From: Camelus ferus
Lineage: Eukaryota
Direction of reading: 5' to 3'
Length of the DNA stretch: 64,000 bases
Assembly (NCBI RefSeq): GCF_009834535.1
Contig: NC_045717.1
Coordinates: 22,134,001-22,198,000 of the forward strand
Positions 14,050 through 25,881 of the stretch are shown piece by piece (within the stretch, counting starts at the first letter, position 1; every line of letters begins with the position of its first letter). The position numbers were made by a program, and so were the translations under genes. A model generated the notes under the pieces. The model was given only the letters and a program-made list of their open reading frames with translations, ran no database searches and had not been told where the DNA came from.

Positions 14050-16111
14050 CTCGAGCGTCTAAGGATTTACAAACAAGGGTGTTTCATTTTAAAAAGGGAT
14101 GGGGCAATACTGGCGGCCTGAGAAGGGGCCGTGGGCCGGTGGGCCAAGCCAGGCCACCCCAGGCCCCTGCCTGCCTGCTCCGCCCTCTGCCTGGTCGAGA
14201 GGGATGGCTGGTGACTGGTGACGGAGGAGGAAGGCATGGGAGAGGCGGGGGAAGGAGAGGCTCTCGCTTAACACTGAAGGGATGGGGCGGGGGGGGGGGG
14301 GGACGGGCGGACACACACTCACAAAACAGAAAATAAAGTTAAATAAAAATAAACCCCGGCAGCTGGCCTTAGGCCCCAGCGGCCCTTGGGGCTAGCCACA
14401 AGACCTTCCCGGCTACTCACAGAGGCCCCCCGAGGCGGAGCCTGGCCAGGGGAGGCGAGGCCAGGCCTGTTGGCCCCCACCCTGCCCCCGTCCCCCTACA
14501 AAGGGGATGGGAGAAAGAGGAGGTGGCCACCCCCCGACCCCAAGGAAGGGGGAGGCAAAGAGAAGATGACCGAGTACTTTTTCAACATGCGGAGTTTTGT
14601 GACTATCCTAGTAGTAAGGAGTCAGTCGGAGAGAGGGAGGGACAGGGATACCTGGTCTAGGTCACCTCGGCCACTTCCAGCGAGGCTCCTCACCTTTGGT
14701 GTTGGTTGGGTTTTGTGGGGTTTTTTTCTTTTTGTTATTTTGTTTTGTTGTCCACTTGATTTGCATGCATTACCAACAAAAAGGAAACACACTCCCTCCT
14801 GCTCTGGCTGCTGCAGGGGGCCCCTGGGGGTGGGCCCGGGACTGGCCAGCTCTGGGTGAGTCGAGGGGCGCTCAGGGGCACCACAAGGGCGTGATAGACT
14901 CCACACGCCCAGCCCTTGGCCTGCCCCACCTCTGTCCCTGTCACACATCCTCAGACCCCCACATCCACTCCATGCACCCTCAATCCCTGCCTCCCTGGGC
15001 CTCATGGGCCCCGCTCCCACCATCTGCTCCCACTGCCTCCTCCCTGCCACACCAGCGCCTGCCACCTGCCACCACTCCCCACGCCTGCCTTCCCTGAAGG
15101 CCACCCTGTGTGGCCATGGCCCCGTGGGCTCCCTCCACACCCCCTGAGGTCCTTGACTCACCCCTGCAAGCTGTGGCCAGTCACCAGCCCGGAGGGAGGG
15201 CCCCCCAAAGCCCACCTTTGGGACTAGTCTCTCCCAGGCAGTGGCCCAGGCCCCCACGGCTTGGTCCCCCGCCCAGCCCCCCAGAGCCAGTGGGTGGGTG
15301 GGGGCTTCCACCACAAGCAGCTAAACATGACTTTGGTAAAAGTTTCTGAAGGTACCGACAAACCCCATGAGAACAAGCTCTTCTCCTCCCCCCGCCCCCC
15401 AAACACCCCACCAAGTACAATAAAATACAAGAAACTCCAAAAAGGACCCCCTGAGATCAAAAAGAGAGAGGAAGAGACCAGCCCCAGGCCGGCTGCAGTC
15501 AACGTCCAGCCCGCCTGCCCGGGGTGAGGACGCCAGCCGACAGACTCATCGCTTGCCGGAGACCTAAGCGGACCCAGGGGTCCCGCCGGGGGTGGCGGGG
15601 CCTGGGCCTGGGCTAGGAGAGAGGCAGAGGCCGGGAGGGAGACTGGGAAAGCCGGAGAGGTAGAGAGGGAGGTGCCAGAAGAGAGGGAGACGGAGCCAGG
15701 GCGTGCGTGTGTGTGGGAGGCGGCAGTGGTGACAGCGCTGCAGGTGAGGGAGGGTGCGGGATGGGGGTTCTCTCCCGGCCCCTGGGGGCCGCCCCAGCCC
15801 AGAGGTTACAACTGAATAAATAGCGAGTCTGCTCGCGGCCTGCTGTCTTCCGTTCACAGTGTCTGTCGGGGTTGGGACGCGCACGGCCGGCTGACCCCAG
15901 GACGGGAAGGGCTGGGGCCTGATGGGCCCATCTGTCCACGGCTTGGGGGCAGGGAGTTGGGGGTGGGTGGGCGCCCCCTACTTTCTGTCCTCAGCCCTCG
16001 GTGGCCGTCTAGGTCCCAGGGCTCCCCCGGCGGGCAGCTGGGTGGCCGGGTGGGGAAGGGGGGCCTGTGGCCATGCCCCAGCCCCCGGCGGGGTGCCCGC
16101 CGCCGGCTCGG

Positions 16112-18667
16112 CTACCTGAAGAAGGGTAGGTGGTGCTGGCTCAGGACTCCGCTTGTCCGTGGGGATTCGGTCTTCGCCATGACATCCTTGAACCAGGACG
16201 CCACGTCCACTTCCAGCGTCTCATAGCGCTTGATGAAGCTGTGTTCCTGGGGGATCCAAGTGAGGGGTGCAGCTTAGGACCTGGGCGTCTCCCCTGTTGG
16301 CCTTGCTTGGGTCCTGGGTGTCCAGCTGGGCGGGCTGGGGGGGTGCTTAGGACAGGCCTGGGAGAGCCCCGGGTACTCACAAGTAGCTTATTATACTTTG
16401 GTCTCTTCCTGTGATCTTTAGTAAGGCTGGAGAGAGGAGGAGAGAGAGAAGTGAGAGCCGGGAGCAGGGCCTGGTGGCCCTCCCACTGAGTCAGGGGTCT
16501 GGGGGAAGAAGTGGCTGCTTATCCCTGTGCTGACAGCCGGGAAGGCAGGGAGGCCCCAGGGGTCTGCACTTAGGGCCCCCCAACCCCAGGGGCACTGTGA
16601 TGCCTGTGGGAAAGGTGGGTGGGCTCCCCCCGGGAAACTCCGAGGGAGACATCCTGCTCACTTGATCCTGCTCCCTGGTGCAGGACACCCAGAGCCCTCA
16701 GTCCTGGGGCACCCTGGCTTGTTCCAAATACCCACAGGGCCAGATGTACCCTCGGGCTGGGTCCAAACCCAAATCTCGGCTCCCAGGTCCAGGCCTGGCT
16801 CCTGTCTGCAGGCCCCTCTCCACCCTCTCCAGCCTGACCTTGCGTCGCCTCCCAGAGTGGAGGGCCGGGGCTCCTCACCAGTCTTTGACGAAGGACTGAA
16901 AGTCCCCCGAGAAGCCCATGTGACCGGGCAGGAGTGGGGGTTCTTCCTGTAGGACTTTGGTGAGGACCTCAAAGTCCGTCTTGCAGTTCTTGTAGGGAAA
17001 CTGTCCTGTCGCCAGCTCCACCTGGGAGAGAGACAGGCAGGGCTGGGCTGGCCGAGGACGGGGTCCTGCCCTCCCCTGGCGCCTGCTTCCACACCCCAAG
17101 AAGACCCCATCCCTGGCCTCCAAAAGCAGCGCCCCCAACTCACCAAGGAGATGCCCAAGCTCCACACGTCAGCCCGGATGTCATAGTCGGGTTTGGTGGG
17201 GTCAGGAGGGTCGATGCGCTCAGGCTGCCGGTGGGAGGTGGGAAAGGGTGGATGTACCCCTGTGGCTCGGGTGGGAGCAGCGCCCAGAGCCCTCACACCC
17301 CCACTGCCGGGCGCTGCTGAGCCCCACTTACTGCCATGTAGGCGGCGCAGCCCGCACTCCGCGTCTTGGCCTTGGAGTCGACCAGGCGGCCGCTGATGCC
17401 AAAGTCGCAGAGCTTGATCTGGCCCCGCTCGTCCAGCAGGATGTTGGAGGGCTTGACGTCGCGGTGGATCACGCCGTGCTTCTCCTTCAGGTAGTAGAGC
17501 GCCTTCACGATCTGTGGCGGGAAGGTGTGGGGACGCTGGTGACAGGGGTGCAGGCATGCGGCCTGGGGGCCGCCCGCCTGGCCACACCCTACCCGGCCAC
17601 TCACCGCTACCGTCATCTTGCCCAGGATCCGCTCGGGGATGGGGCCCTGCATCCGCTTCTTGAGCTTCTCAGCGCACGTGCCCATGAGCTCCATGGCGAT
17701 GAAGACGTCTGTCTGCAGGGGCAGCGGGCAGCAGCTTGAGCAGGGGTGCGTGGCTGTACCCACCCCCCTGCCCACCCCAGGGAGGCTCCAGTCCCAGGAA
17801 GCGGCAGGGGCACAGGGCTGGCTGAGAGACCAGTCTGCAAGGCTTGGGGAGGGGTCCCCAGGGCTCACGTTGGTGATGAAGGTCCCGAAGCACTGCACGA
17901 TGTAGGGGCAGTCGTGGCTCTTGAGCACCACATCCAAGTCCATGAGGATCCGCTTGTTCTCTTCCTTGTTCCCCGAGCGCCGCATTTGCTGCACAGGACA
18001 GCAGGCGCCTCAGTGCCAGGCCTGGGGCACAGGGCCCACAGGGGCGGGGACCAGGCTGGGGACAGGCTCACCTTGACGGCAATGACGTGCCCTGTCTTCC
18101 GGAAACGCATCTTCCACACCTGGCCGCAGGTGCCACTGCCCATCTCCCCCAGGTTCTCCAGGTCATTGATTTCCGCCTGGTAGCGCTGGTGAGGAGAGCC
18201 AGGGCTGGGGGGTCCAGCGGGCCTCTGCTCCCCACCCCTACGCTGGACCTCCCAGCAGCATCTGGCCCACCCCTGGGGGGCCGAGGGAAGGGTGGTACCT
18301 GGCCCCCGATGGTCAGGTAGCCCGTCTGCTTCATGATCTCCTGCAGCTTCTGGTCAATCTCGATGCTGAAGAAACAGGGAGTGGGTGCCATGGGAGGGGG
18401 TCCGACCAACCCAAAGCAACCCCAGCCCCCTACACACAAGGGTTCCCATGGATCTCACCGGCTCCTCCCTGGGGCTGGCCCCGCACTGACCTCCCGACCC
18501 TCCCCCGGCAGCTCCGGCAGCTCACCTCTCCATGCTGCGGGGCGTGAACAAGGCTGATGGGAGCCCCAGCATGTGGCGAGGCCGGGCGGGGGGCGTGGGG
18601 TGCTGCGGGGAGTTCTCGGAGGACGGTGAGCGGCTGCCCCCATCGTTGGCCAGTGGGAGCTGCAGGG
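16112..18667 (-). CDS. MAP2K7: Dual-specificity MAP kinase kinase 7 (MKK7), exons 2-11; coding exon 1 inferred to lie in the gap at 23374-23633
   Basis: Exons 18526-18667, 18299-18365, 18072-18185 ([11 protein letters not shown]...IAVK), 17869-17988, 17605-17712, 17332-17511 ([16 protein letters not shown] activation loop), 17144-17224, 16879-17021, 16381-16426 and 16112-16246 (...[10 protein letters not shown]). All GT-AG with consistent phases. Confidence 0.98.
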
Positions 18668-21595
18668 CTGGGGGGGGTGAGAACCAGGAGGGGGGAGGGG
18701 GTTAGCTCCCAGCTGGGCCCCTCCTCTCCCCCTCCTCAGCATCCCTCAGGTAGGCCTGCACAGCCCCCGCCCCCAGCCCACTCTTAGGGCACCTTCTCCC
18801 GCCCCCAAGACCTGGAAGCATGTGCAGTGGGCTGGTGGGGGAGGGGTGGTCCCATAGGCTAAGGGTCCACCCCAAGTCTACCCTGACAGAGAAACGGGGC
18901 CCAGAGGCTGGCGGCATCCCTCAGCCAGGCGGCCTCCCCGCTGGGTCCCTTTCCTCCCCACCTGGGCCCGGAGCCACCACACCCACACTCTGGACCAAGC
19001 AAGGCAGGACCACCGCTGGGATCAGCCTGAGCCCTGAACTTGGCTGCACAACATGAGTGAGGTGACCACCCTGGGGAGAGGGTGGGCGAGGGACCCAGGC
19101 TTCCAGCTGCCTCGCCCAGCATTGTTTCAGGGTCAGGGAGGGCCACTCTGGCCAGCAGCAGGGAGCCTCCTGACCCGGCCTGCAGAGCCAGGGACGGCGT
19201 GGGGGCCAGGACCCCAGGCTGGGCCTGTGTCCTTCAGGTGAGGGGACCCAGGTGGCGCAGCCCCTCCAGGGGCCAGCGGCACTCAGGGGGGTGGGGGTGG
19301 GCACTGGGCCAGGCGGGGAGTTTGGTTCTTTCCAGCGGCCTGCATGCGTACAGCTTGGACATGCTACAGGCAGGCGGGCAGGCAGGCGGGCAGGCAGCGG
19401 GCACCCCAGGATGGGCAGGCGGCATTAGGGGACGGGAGGGCAGAAAACAGACAGTGGGAGCTGAGACTTGGGGCCCAGCTGCCTAGGGGAGGCACTGCAG
19501 AGACAGGCCAGAGAGGAGCCTGGGATAGGAGAGCAGGTTCCCTGGGGGACTAGGAGCCTCCCTGGCCAGGCCAGCCACAGGGTGGGGAACAGAAGTCAGC
19601 ATGGCCTAGAAGAGACAGGTGACTCTCCGGTGAACTCTCCAGCCCCGGAGCCCCTAACATACAGCCTCCAGAAGGGAGCCCCTGGCCGGGGAGGCCGCTG
19701 GCTACAAGCAACCCCTAGGCTCATCCCCCTGCGGAGAGCAGGCTAGGAGGCCTGGGGCTACCATTCCCCACAGCTCTCAGCTGACACCCCCTCCTCTCTC
19801 CCCACCTCCTGCATGGCCCACCTTTCCCTCCCACAGTTGTCTGCGCACCCAGTGATGCGGGCCCAGTGACCAAGGGGTAGAGAAAGACAAGGTTCAGCCA
19901 CTGGCAACTGGGCACTTCCCTTGCCCTGTTGGCCCAGGACCTTGACCACAGCCAGAGCGAGGGGCAGGTCTATGAGGCTGGTCTGCAATCCTCGGAGGGT
20001 CTGGCAGGAGCGACAGAAGAGCATGGGGACTCCAGGGACATGGCCGTGCCCAATGCCCTCTGCTGGCCTGGAGGCCTTTCCTTCTGTGCCCTCCCTGCTG
20101 TTCCAGCGCTGCTTCATTAATATTCCTGCTTTTCTGCTCAACCAGGGCCAGAATCAGAACCTAGTCCCTCCCTATCTGGCTGGACGATCTCTAGGCTCTT
20201 GCTGGCCCTCGTGCTCTCCCAGCTAGGACCCTGGAGACACTCTCAGGGATCTGGGTCCCTTTTCTGCCCTGCACTGTCAGCTCTCTGGGGTGAGGACCCC
20301 CCCACCGCACCCAACAGTCCTCTGGGCCCTCTGAGGGCTGCCCCAGAGCCCAGGGCAAAAGGTGTGGGGGATAGAGGCTTCCAGCTCGCCCCAGGAACTG
20401 AAGTGATATGAGGGGGCCCGGTGTAGGGTGTCTAAGGTGGGGGGAGGTATACAAAACCCCTGAAAACACAGTGGTGACGGGCCAATGGCAGGTCGGAAGG
20501 GCAGAGTGAGAGCAAGAGGCTGGGGTAGGGAGGGTGGAGGGAGAAAAATGAATGAGAGGAAATGAGAAAGGACACTGGGTTGGGGGGGCAGGGGGCATGC
20601 GGCCATCAGGAGCCACAAACGCACCAGGCTGTCAGTCAACGCGCACGTGCACACGCACAGCATGGCACAAACCCCACGCACATGCAGACGGGAGATGACA
20701 CGCCACAGAGCCAGCTCACCGCACGTTTTTACACACAAACGCATGCATGCACACACACACAGACACACAGACACACACACACCCCACCACAAAACTGCCC
20801 AATCTAGTCCCACTTACATACACACACAAGGACCAACAGGGCCAGACGCCCACCCGGCCTCTCACACACACCCCCACGCACACAGATGTCCCCCACTCAT
20901 CTGCTCCCAGACCCACTGGCACCTGCCCTCGGGCCCTGGCAGGGCTGTTTCCTCTACTTCCATCCCTGCGCTCCCCTCAACCTCCCAGGAGATTCTACTC
21001 CAATCCCACCTTCTCCAGAGGCTTCCTCGACTGCCCGTTGCCCCTCAGAACCCCCAACCCTGCTGCCCTGTGCCTTCCCTCCAAGGCACGGTGGCCCCTC
21101 CACTTCTCCCTACCCCCACTGCAGCAGAGGGATGCGGTCCTTCCTGCTCGCTACAGTGTCCCTGGGCCCAGAGCCACACAGCCTAGGGGAGGCAACATGG
21201 GTTTGCTGAACTGTTGAGGTGGATCGGCTGGCGCAGTTCGCGCACCGGCCCAACTTTCTCTCCCTCTTGCTCAGGCATGCTTGCACACGCACGAACACTC
21301 GTGACCCCCTTGGCAGGTGACAGACTCCCAGCCAGTGAGGGAGCCTGTTTCCTCCTCCAGGGAGTCCAAATCTGAGCCCGAGAGGAAGGGAGGAGCGGGA
21401 GGTGAGAAGACACAGAGGAAAAGACTGGGTGGACCAGACGCTGATGATGTGGAAAGACAAAGTGAGAGTGAGGGGAAAACGTGTGCATGCGCGCGCGCAC
21501 ACACACGCGCGCGGGCGCACACACACACACAGCATGGGGGACAGGGGATGGCATTCTGCGGCCAGGGCAGCGGTTAGGTCAATGGTGCAGACGTC

Positions 21596-21777
21596 NNNNN
21601 NNNNNNNNNNNNNNNNNNNNNNNNNNNNNNNNNNNNNNNNNNNNNNNNNNNNNNNNNNNNNNNNNNNNNNNNNNNNNNNNNNNNNNNNNNNNNNNNNNNN
21701 NNNNNNNNNNNNNNNNNNNNNNNNNNNNNNNNNNNNNNNNNNNNNNNNNNNNNNNNNNNNNNNNNNNNNNNNNNNNN
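21596..21777. other. Assembly gap (182 N) in MAP2K7 intron 1, probably hiding the cassette exon
   Basis: Run of N, preceded on the - strand by a polypyrimidine tract. Confidence 1.
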
Positions 21778-22763
21778 GAGGCGCAAAGATGGGTAGAAAC
21801 CGACAGAGATGGGAGGATGGGATGGAGCAGACACAGACACCTGGAAGGGGGCTCCCCGGGGGCCTGCTCGCCATGAGCCTTGCCGTGCCTCACTCTGCAT
21901 CTGGGACAGCCGCCCCGAAGGAAGCCCAGGCCCGGTACTCAGGACTGTCTCGTCCACGCTGGGGCTGGGGTGGGGGGAGCAGCACTGTAGAGACCAGCAG
22001 GAACCCTCTAGTCCTGGCCGGGCTTCCTACCCCAGGCAGTGTCCAATGCCAGCACTACCGCCTCGGGCTTTCTCTGGACCCCCAAGAACAACCCCCATCT
22101 CCAGCAAGAACCTACGATGACCCAGGTTAGAAGAGGGAGGGATGGGGAGTGGACCCTACACAGGGATGAGGCTCAGGCTGGGTGAGCAGGGAGATAAGGA
22201 GGTCTCTTGCCCCTCTGTCAGGATGACCCCACAGGGAACTCCAGAAAATACAAGAGTCATTTCAGAGGGGATTAAAAAAAGACAACTTGCTGAGTCAAGA
22301 GAGACACAGAAAGCATGTGTGTGGGGGGCAGAATCTGATTCTCTCTGAGCTGTGAGGATCTGGGGAGGGGGTTCTGTATGATGTAACAAGGAGACTAGAT
22401 GGGGTCGCAGTGATCCCAGGCCGGGTGTGGGTGTTGACTCCAGATGACAAGATGCCAGGGAGGTAGGCACTGAGATCAGGGAATCAGGAAGGAGGTGCAA
22501 GGGCACTAGGATGCCTAGACAGCATCACACTGGGGCCTCAGGTGTCCCTGAGCTGGATGGGTGTGGATGTGTGCAGAGAGGAAAGTCACTTGACTCAAAG
22601 TGACAGTTACCAGGCTTGGGAGTTGGGTGTGTATTTCTGGAGGAGCCAGACACAGCTGCTAAAATGGTGGCAGTGAAACTAGTCAGAGGAGCATGAGGGG
22701 ACCTGGTGTATGTGAGCAGGCTGTATGTGGAGGGGGGGATTTGCTGAACCCAGTGACAAGGTC

Positions 22764-22812
22764 CCAGACAGGGGAAAGGGAGCTCCAGACAGGGGAAAGG
22801 GAGCTCCAGACA
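22764..22812. repeat. Perfect 21-nt tandem duplication (2.3 copies)
   Basis: ccagacaggggaaagggagct x2 plus ccagaca. Confidence 0.95.
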
Positions 22813-23373
22813 AAGTTACAAGGAGGCAGGGAAAGAATCAACAGATTGGAGGCACAAGGGGTGGTTATACGTGGACAAGTGAGCTCAGGTGTCCCCAGGC
22901 CAGGTGTATGTGTGCGAGCGTGAGTGGATTATCTGCTGAACCTGGATGACAAGAACCGAGCTGCGGAGCGCAGGGAGGGGGCCTCTTGACACAGTCCCTG
23001 AGATGCCGGGAGAGGAATCAGCTGGTCAGAAGGGATGTGTCCATGTCTACGGAAGGGCTGGATGTGGTCGCGGTCGCAGGGAGTAGGAGCACGGCTCGCG
23101 GGTGATAAAGGCTCTTGAGGATCACAGTGATGGGGGAGGATCAATAGGCGGGAGGCCTCGCCAGGAACCGGGTAACTAGGCTCCCAAACCCCGTAACGGG
23201 GAACCCTCAGGCAAGGAGAGGGCTGCCCAGGAGCCCGCCGGCCCCACGCGCCCCGGGTCACCGTGACCCTCTCCCCGCGAGCGGACAGCGGGGAAGGGGG
23301 CGGAGAGGAGGAGGAGCAAGAGCGCCCCGGAAGCAGGGGCGGGGCTTAGATGCGGGGGCGGGGCCTCCCGCAG

Positions 23374-23633
23374 NNNNNNNNNNNNNNNNNNNNNNNNNNN
23401 NNNNNNNNNNNNNNNNNNNNNNNNNNNNNNNNNNNNNNNNNNNNNNNNNNNNNNNNNNNNNNNNNNNNNNNNNNNNNNNNNNNNNNNNNNNNNNNNNNNN
23501 NNNNNNNNNNNNNNNNNNNNNNNNNNNNNNNNNNNNNNNNNNNNNNNNNNNNNNNNNNNNNNNNNNNNNNNNNNNNNNNNNNNNNNNNNNNNNNNNNNNN
23601 NNNNNNNNNNNNNNNNNNNNNNNNNNNNNNNNN
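23374..23633. other. MAP2K7: Assembly gap (260 N) expected to contain MAP2K7 exon 1
   Basis: Run of N inside a CpG island. The MAASSLEQKL exon is not found elsewhere in the window. Confidence 0.85.
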
Positions 23634-24100
23634 CGCCGAGCCGCCGTCTCGCTCCTCACGGCGCATGCCCGCGGCGCGCACCCGCCCTTCACGCGTGCGA
23701 ACCTCCGCGCGTGCGTGTTTCGTCCCAGCCGGAGGGATGACGCCACCTAGAGCTTGCGCCTGGCAACGTGCAAGTCCGCCCACTACGATGCGCATGCGCG
23801 AATTCCCGGCAGCTCCGGCAAGAGGCGCTGTGTGGAAACCCGTTCGCCTTTTCGCCCGGAGCGGTGAGTGGAGAAGGCAGCGCGCAAGCGTACAGAGCTG
23901 GAGACCAAGTCACGCGCGTGGCATCCGCTGCGCATGCGCATCCTTGGCAGTTTTCCCGGCCGCTGTCCCTGGTGGTCGCCTAGGCTGTTTGTGCCCAGCC
24001 TTGCTCTCTCTTCCCGGCCCGGCCCTCGCTGGCACCCACGCCTTCTCAGAACTGCCTTTCTCAACTCGGACAGTGCTTCATTAGGATCCCTGTTATGCTT
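23634..24100 (-). promoter_or_regulatory. MAP2K7: MAP2K7 CpG-island promoter with NRF1 palindromes
   Basis: TGCGCATGCGCG at 23789-23800 and perfect TGCGCATGCGCA at 23929-23940; CpG-rich. Confidence 0.75.
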
Positions 24101-24874
24101 AATTGCTGCTTCCTCACCGTAATTAGGCACCCATGGGAAGCCCTTTCCATTTCAGCAGCCCCAGGGTTGGCAGAGGACAAGCAGGAGAGGAGGGGTAGGG
24201 CACGGGCCACTGGGAATCCGACGGCGTGACCCCTGATCTCGGCGACGGGGTGGGGGGGGCAAGGTCAAGGCCAGGGAGTTCCAAGTCAGACTTGCCTGGG
24301 ACATTGTAAGACTTCCCCAACCTGTTCTGCCCCCAGAATGTGAGCCTAGCTCCTGGACAATGCAGAAGACAAGCCCTGGTGGCGCTTCCACACTCTACAC
24401 ATTTTCTTTAACTGGTCTGAAGAGTGCTGGGAAAATGTCCCTATCTGGAACCCTGGGTCCCCCGGAGCACAGCTTGCCTCTGCTCTCTGGTGCACGTTTT
24501 GCAGACACCTTGAAGGTGGCTGATCCCAGGAGGTCAGGGTCAAGTAGGCTGTGCCTGTGCCTTGCCTGCTCCAGCACAGGAACACTGATGACCGTTGAAG
24601 GCTTGTGGAAATTCTTACGGGTGGAACAGACGCAAAACTGTGGAGCCAGGAGGATAACAGGGAAAGCAGAGGAAGAGCAGTTCTCTAGGAAAAGTTATGA
24701 TGCTGAGGTTGGCTGAGGTCTCTTTCTGCCTCTGCTCACGGTCGGAGACTCATACGTACCCTTGACCCTGTCACGTGACTTGCCACTTGCTGCGTTTTGG
24801 TCTGGTGAAATCAAAAGCTTAGACAATATCAGGAGTGGACACAAGAGATCAGAATTACAGTTCTCATAGTATTA

Positions 24875-24880
24875 TTTATT
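24875..24880 (-). terminator. LRRC8E: Probable LRRC8E polyadenylation signal within an L2/MIR 3'-tail remnant
   Basis: - strand reads gtgagcgctcAATAAAtaat, like the L2/MIR terminus, about 1 kb past the stop. Confidence 0.55.
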
Positions 24881-24968
24881 GAGCGCTCACTGATGTACAC
24901 TTCCTCACATGGGGAACATTTGAAAGACAAAGTCCCTGCCTGTCCTCAGAAAAATGTACCTTCCACAG

Positions 24969-25176
24969 CAGGTGTTCTTAACCTGGGGTCCACAATCCTT
25001 AGGATGTCCCTGACTAGCCCTCTGGGGATTCTGGAGGAATCTGTTAAAATGCCTGAAGTTGTTTGCAGAACTTTTCATGCATGTGTTCATGAGCATTTTC
25101 CTGAGGAAGGAGATGCCCACCTTTTATCAGATTTCTCAAAGGGTCTAGGGACCTAAAAAGAAGTTCAGAATCCCTA
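24969..25176. mobile_element. Non-autonomous hAT-Charlie DNA transposon (MER-type, subfamily uncertain)
   Basis: Degenerate TIRs caggtgttcttaacctgggg ... aagttcagaatccct, followed by atctagac (hAT-like target). Confidence 0.65.
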
Positions 25177-25207
25177 ATCTAGACACCCAGATATCTGCTC
25201 TGTAGGC

Positions 25208-25389
25208 CAGCACTTCTCAACATACAGGCCTGGAACCACCTGCATCAGAATTACCTGGGATGCTTATATTTACAGACAAGTTCCTGGCCTCCAGCCAAAC
25301 CTCCTGAGTCAGTCTTTCAGGGGTGGGGCCTGGGATGTTTAGTTTGGGGGATGTTGATTTTGAGGCATTGCCAAATATGAGAACCATTT
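25208..25389. mobile_element. MER5A-like hAT-Charlie DNA transposon
   Basis: cagcacttctcaa...gcatcagaattacctggga...ggggtggggcctggga...atatgagaaccatt follows the MER5A layout. Confidence 0.75.
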
Positions 25390-25881
25390 TTCTGAATTCA
25401 CATGTCTGTGGCAAACAACTCATAAATAGGAGATTAGCATCAAAGTTAGGGGTGGGAGGAGCTGGTCCCTTGCGTCTGTGTCCCCTCCTTGGGAGAGAAC
25501 TCCAGATATAAGCTGTTCTGGTCAGGGGAGAGGATTGAAATCCCATTGGGATGTGCCCCACCCCCCCATACATGGCACTGTTTGAACTAGACGGGGGAGG
25601 GCAGGAGTTCTGGCCCAGGGCTGGGAGCAAGCCAGCCAGCCAAAGACACAGGTGTGGTTTTGGTCTGAGAATCTGATGACTGAGTTAATCCCTCCATTCT
25701 GCTCAACCCCAAATCCATGGCCTCCCATCTATCCCCAGACAAACCAGTCCCGGGATCTTGCCCAGGCCCCAGCAGCCTGATATGTCTGCTCCCCGTCTCC
25801 TGACCTGAACCCACTTGGCCACCTCCCTTGGAGATGAGGTAGCATCCGGAAGGCCTCTATCTCCACCTGCCCCTCCTGGCT

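Noticed and set aside
19234-19425. Possible alternative MAP2K7 first exon (MSKLYACRPLERT...) with a 12-nt repeat
   Set aside because: No convincing donor on the - strand and no supporting homology that I can cite.
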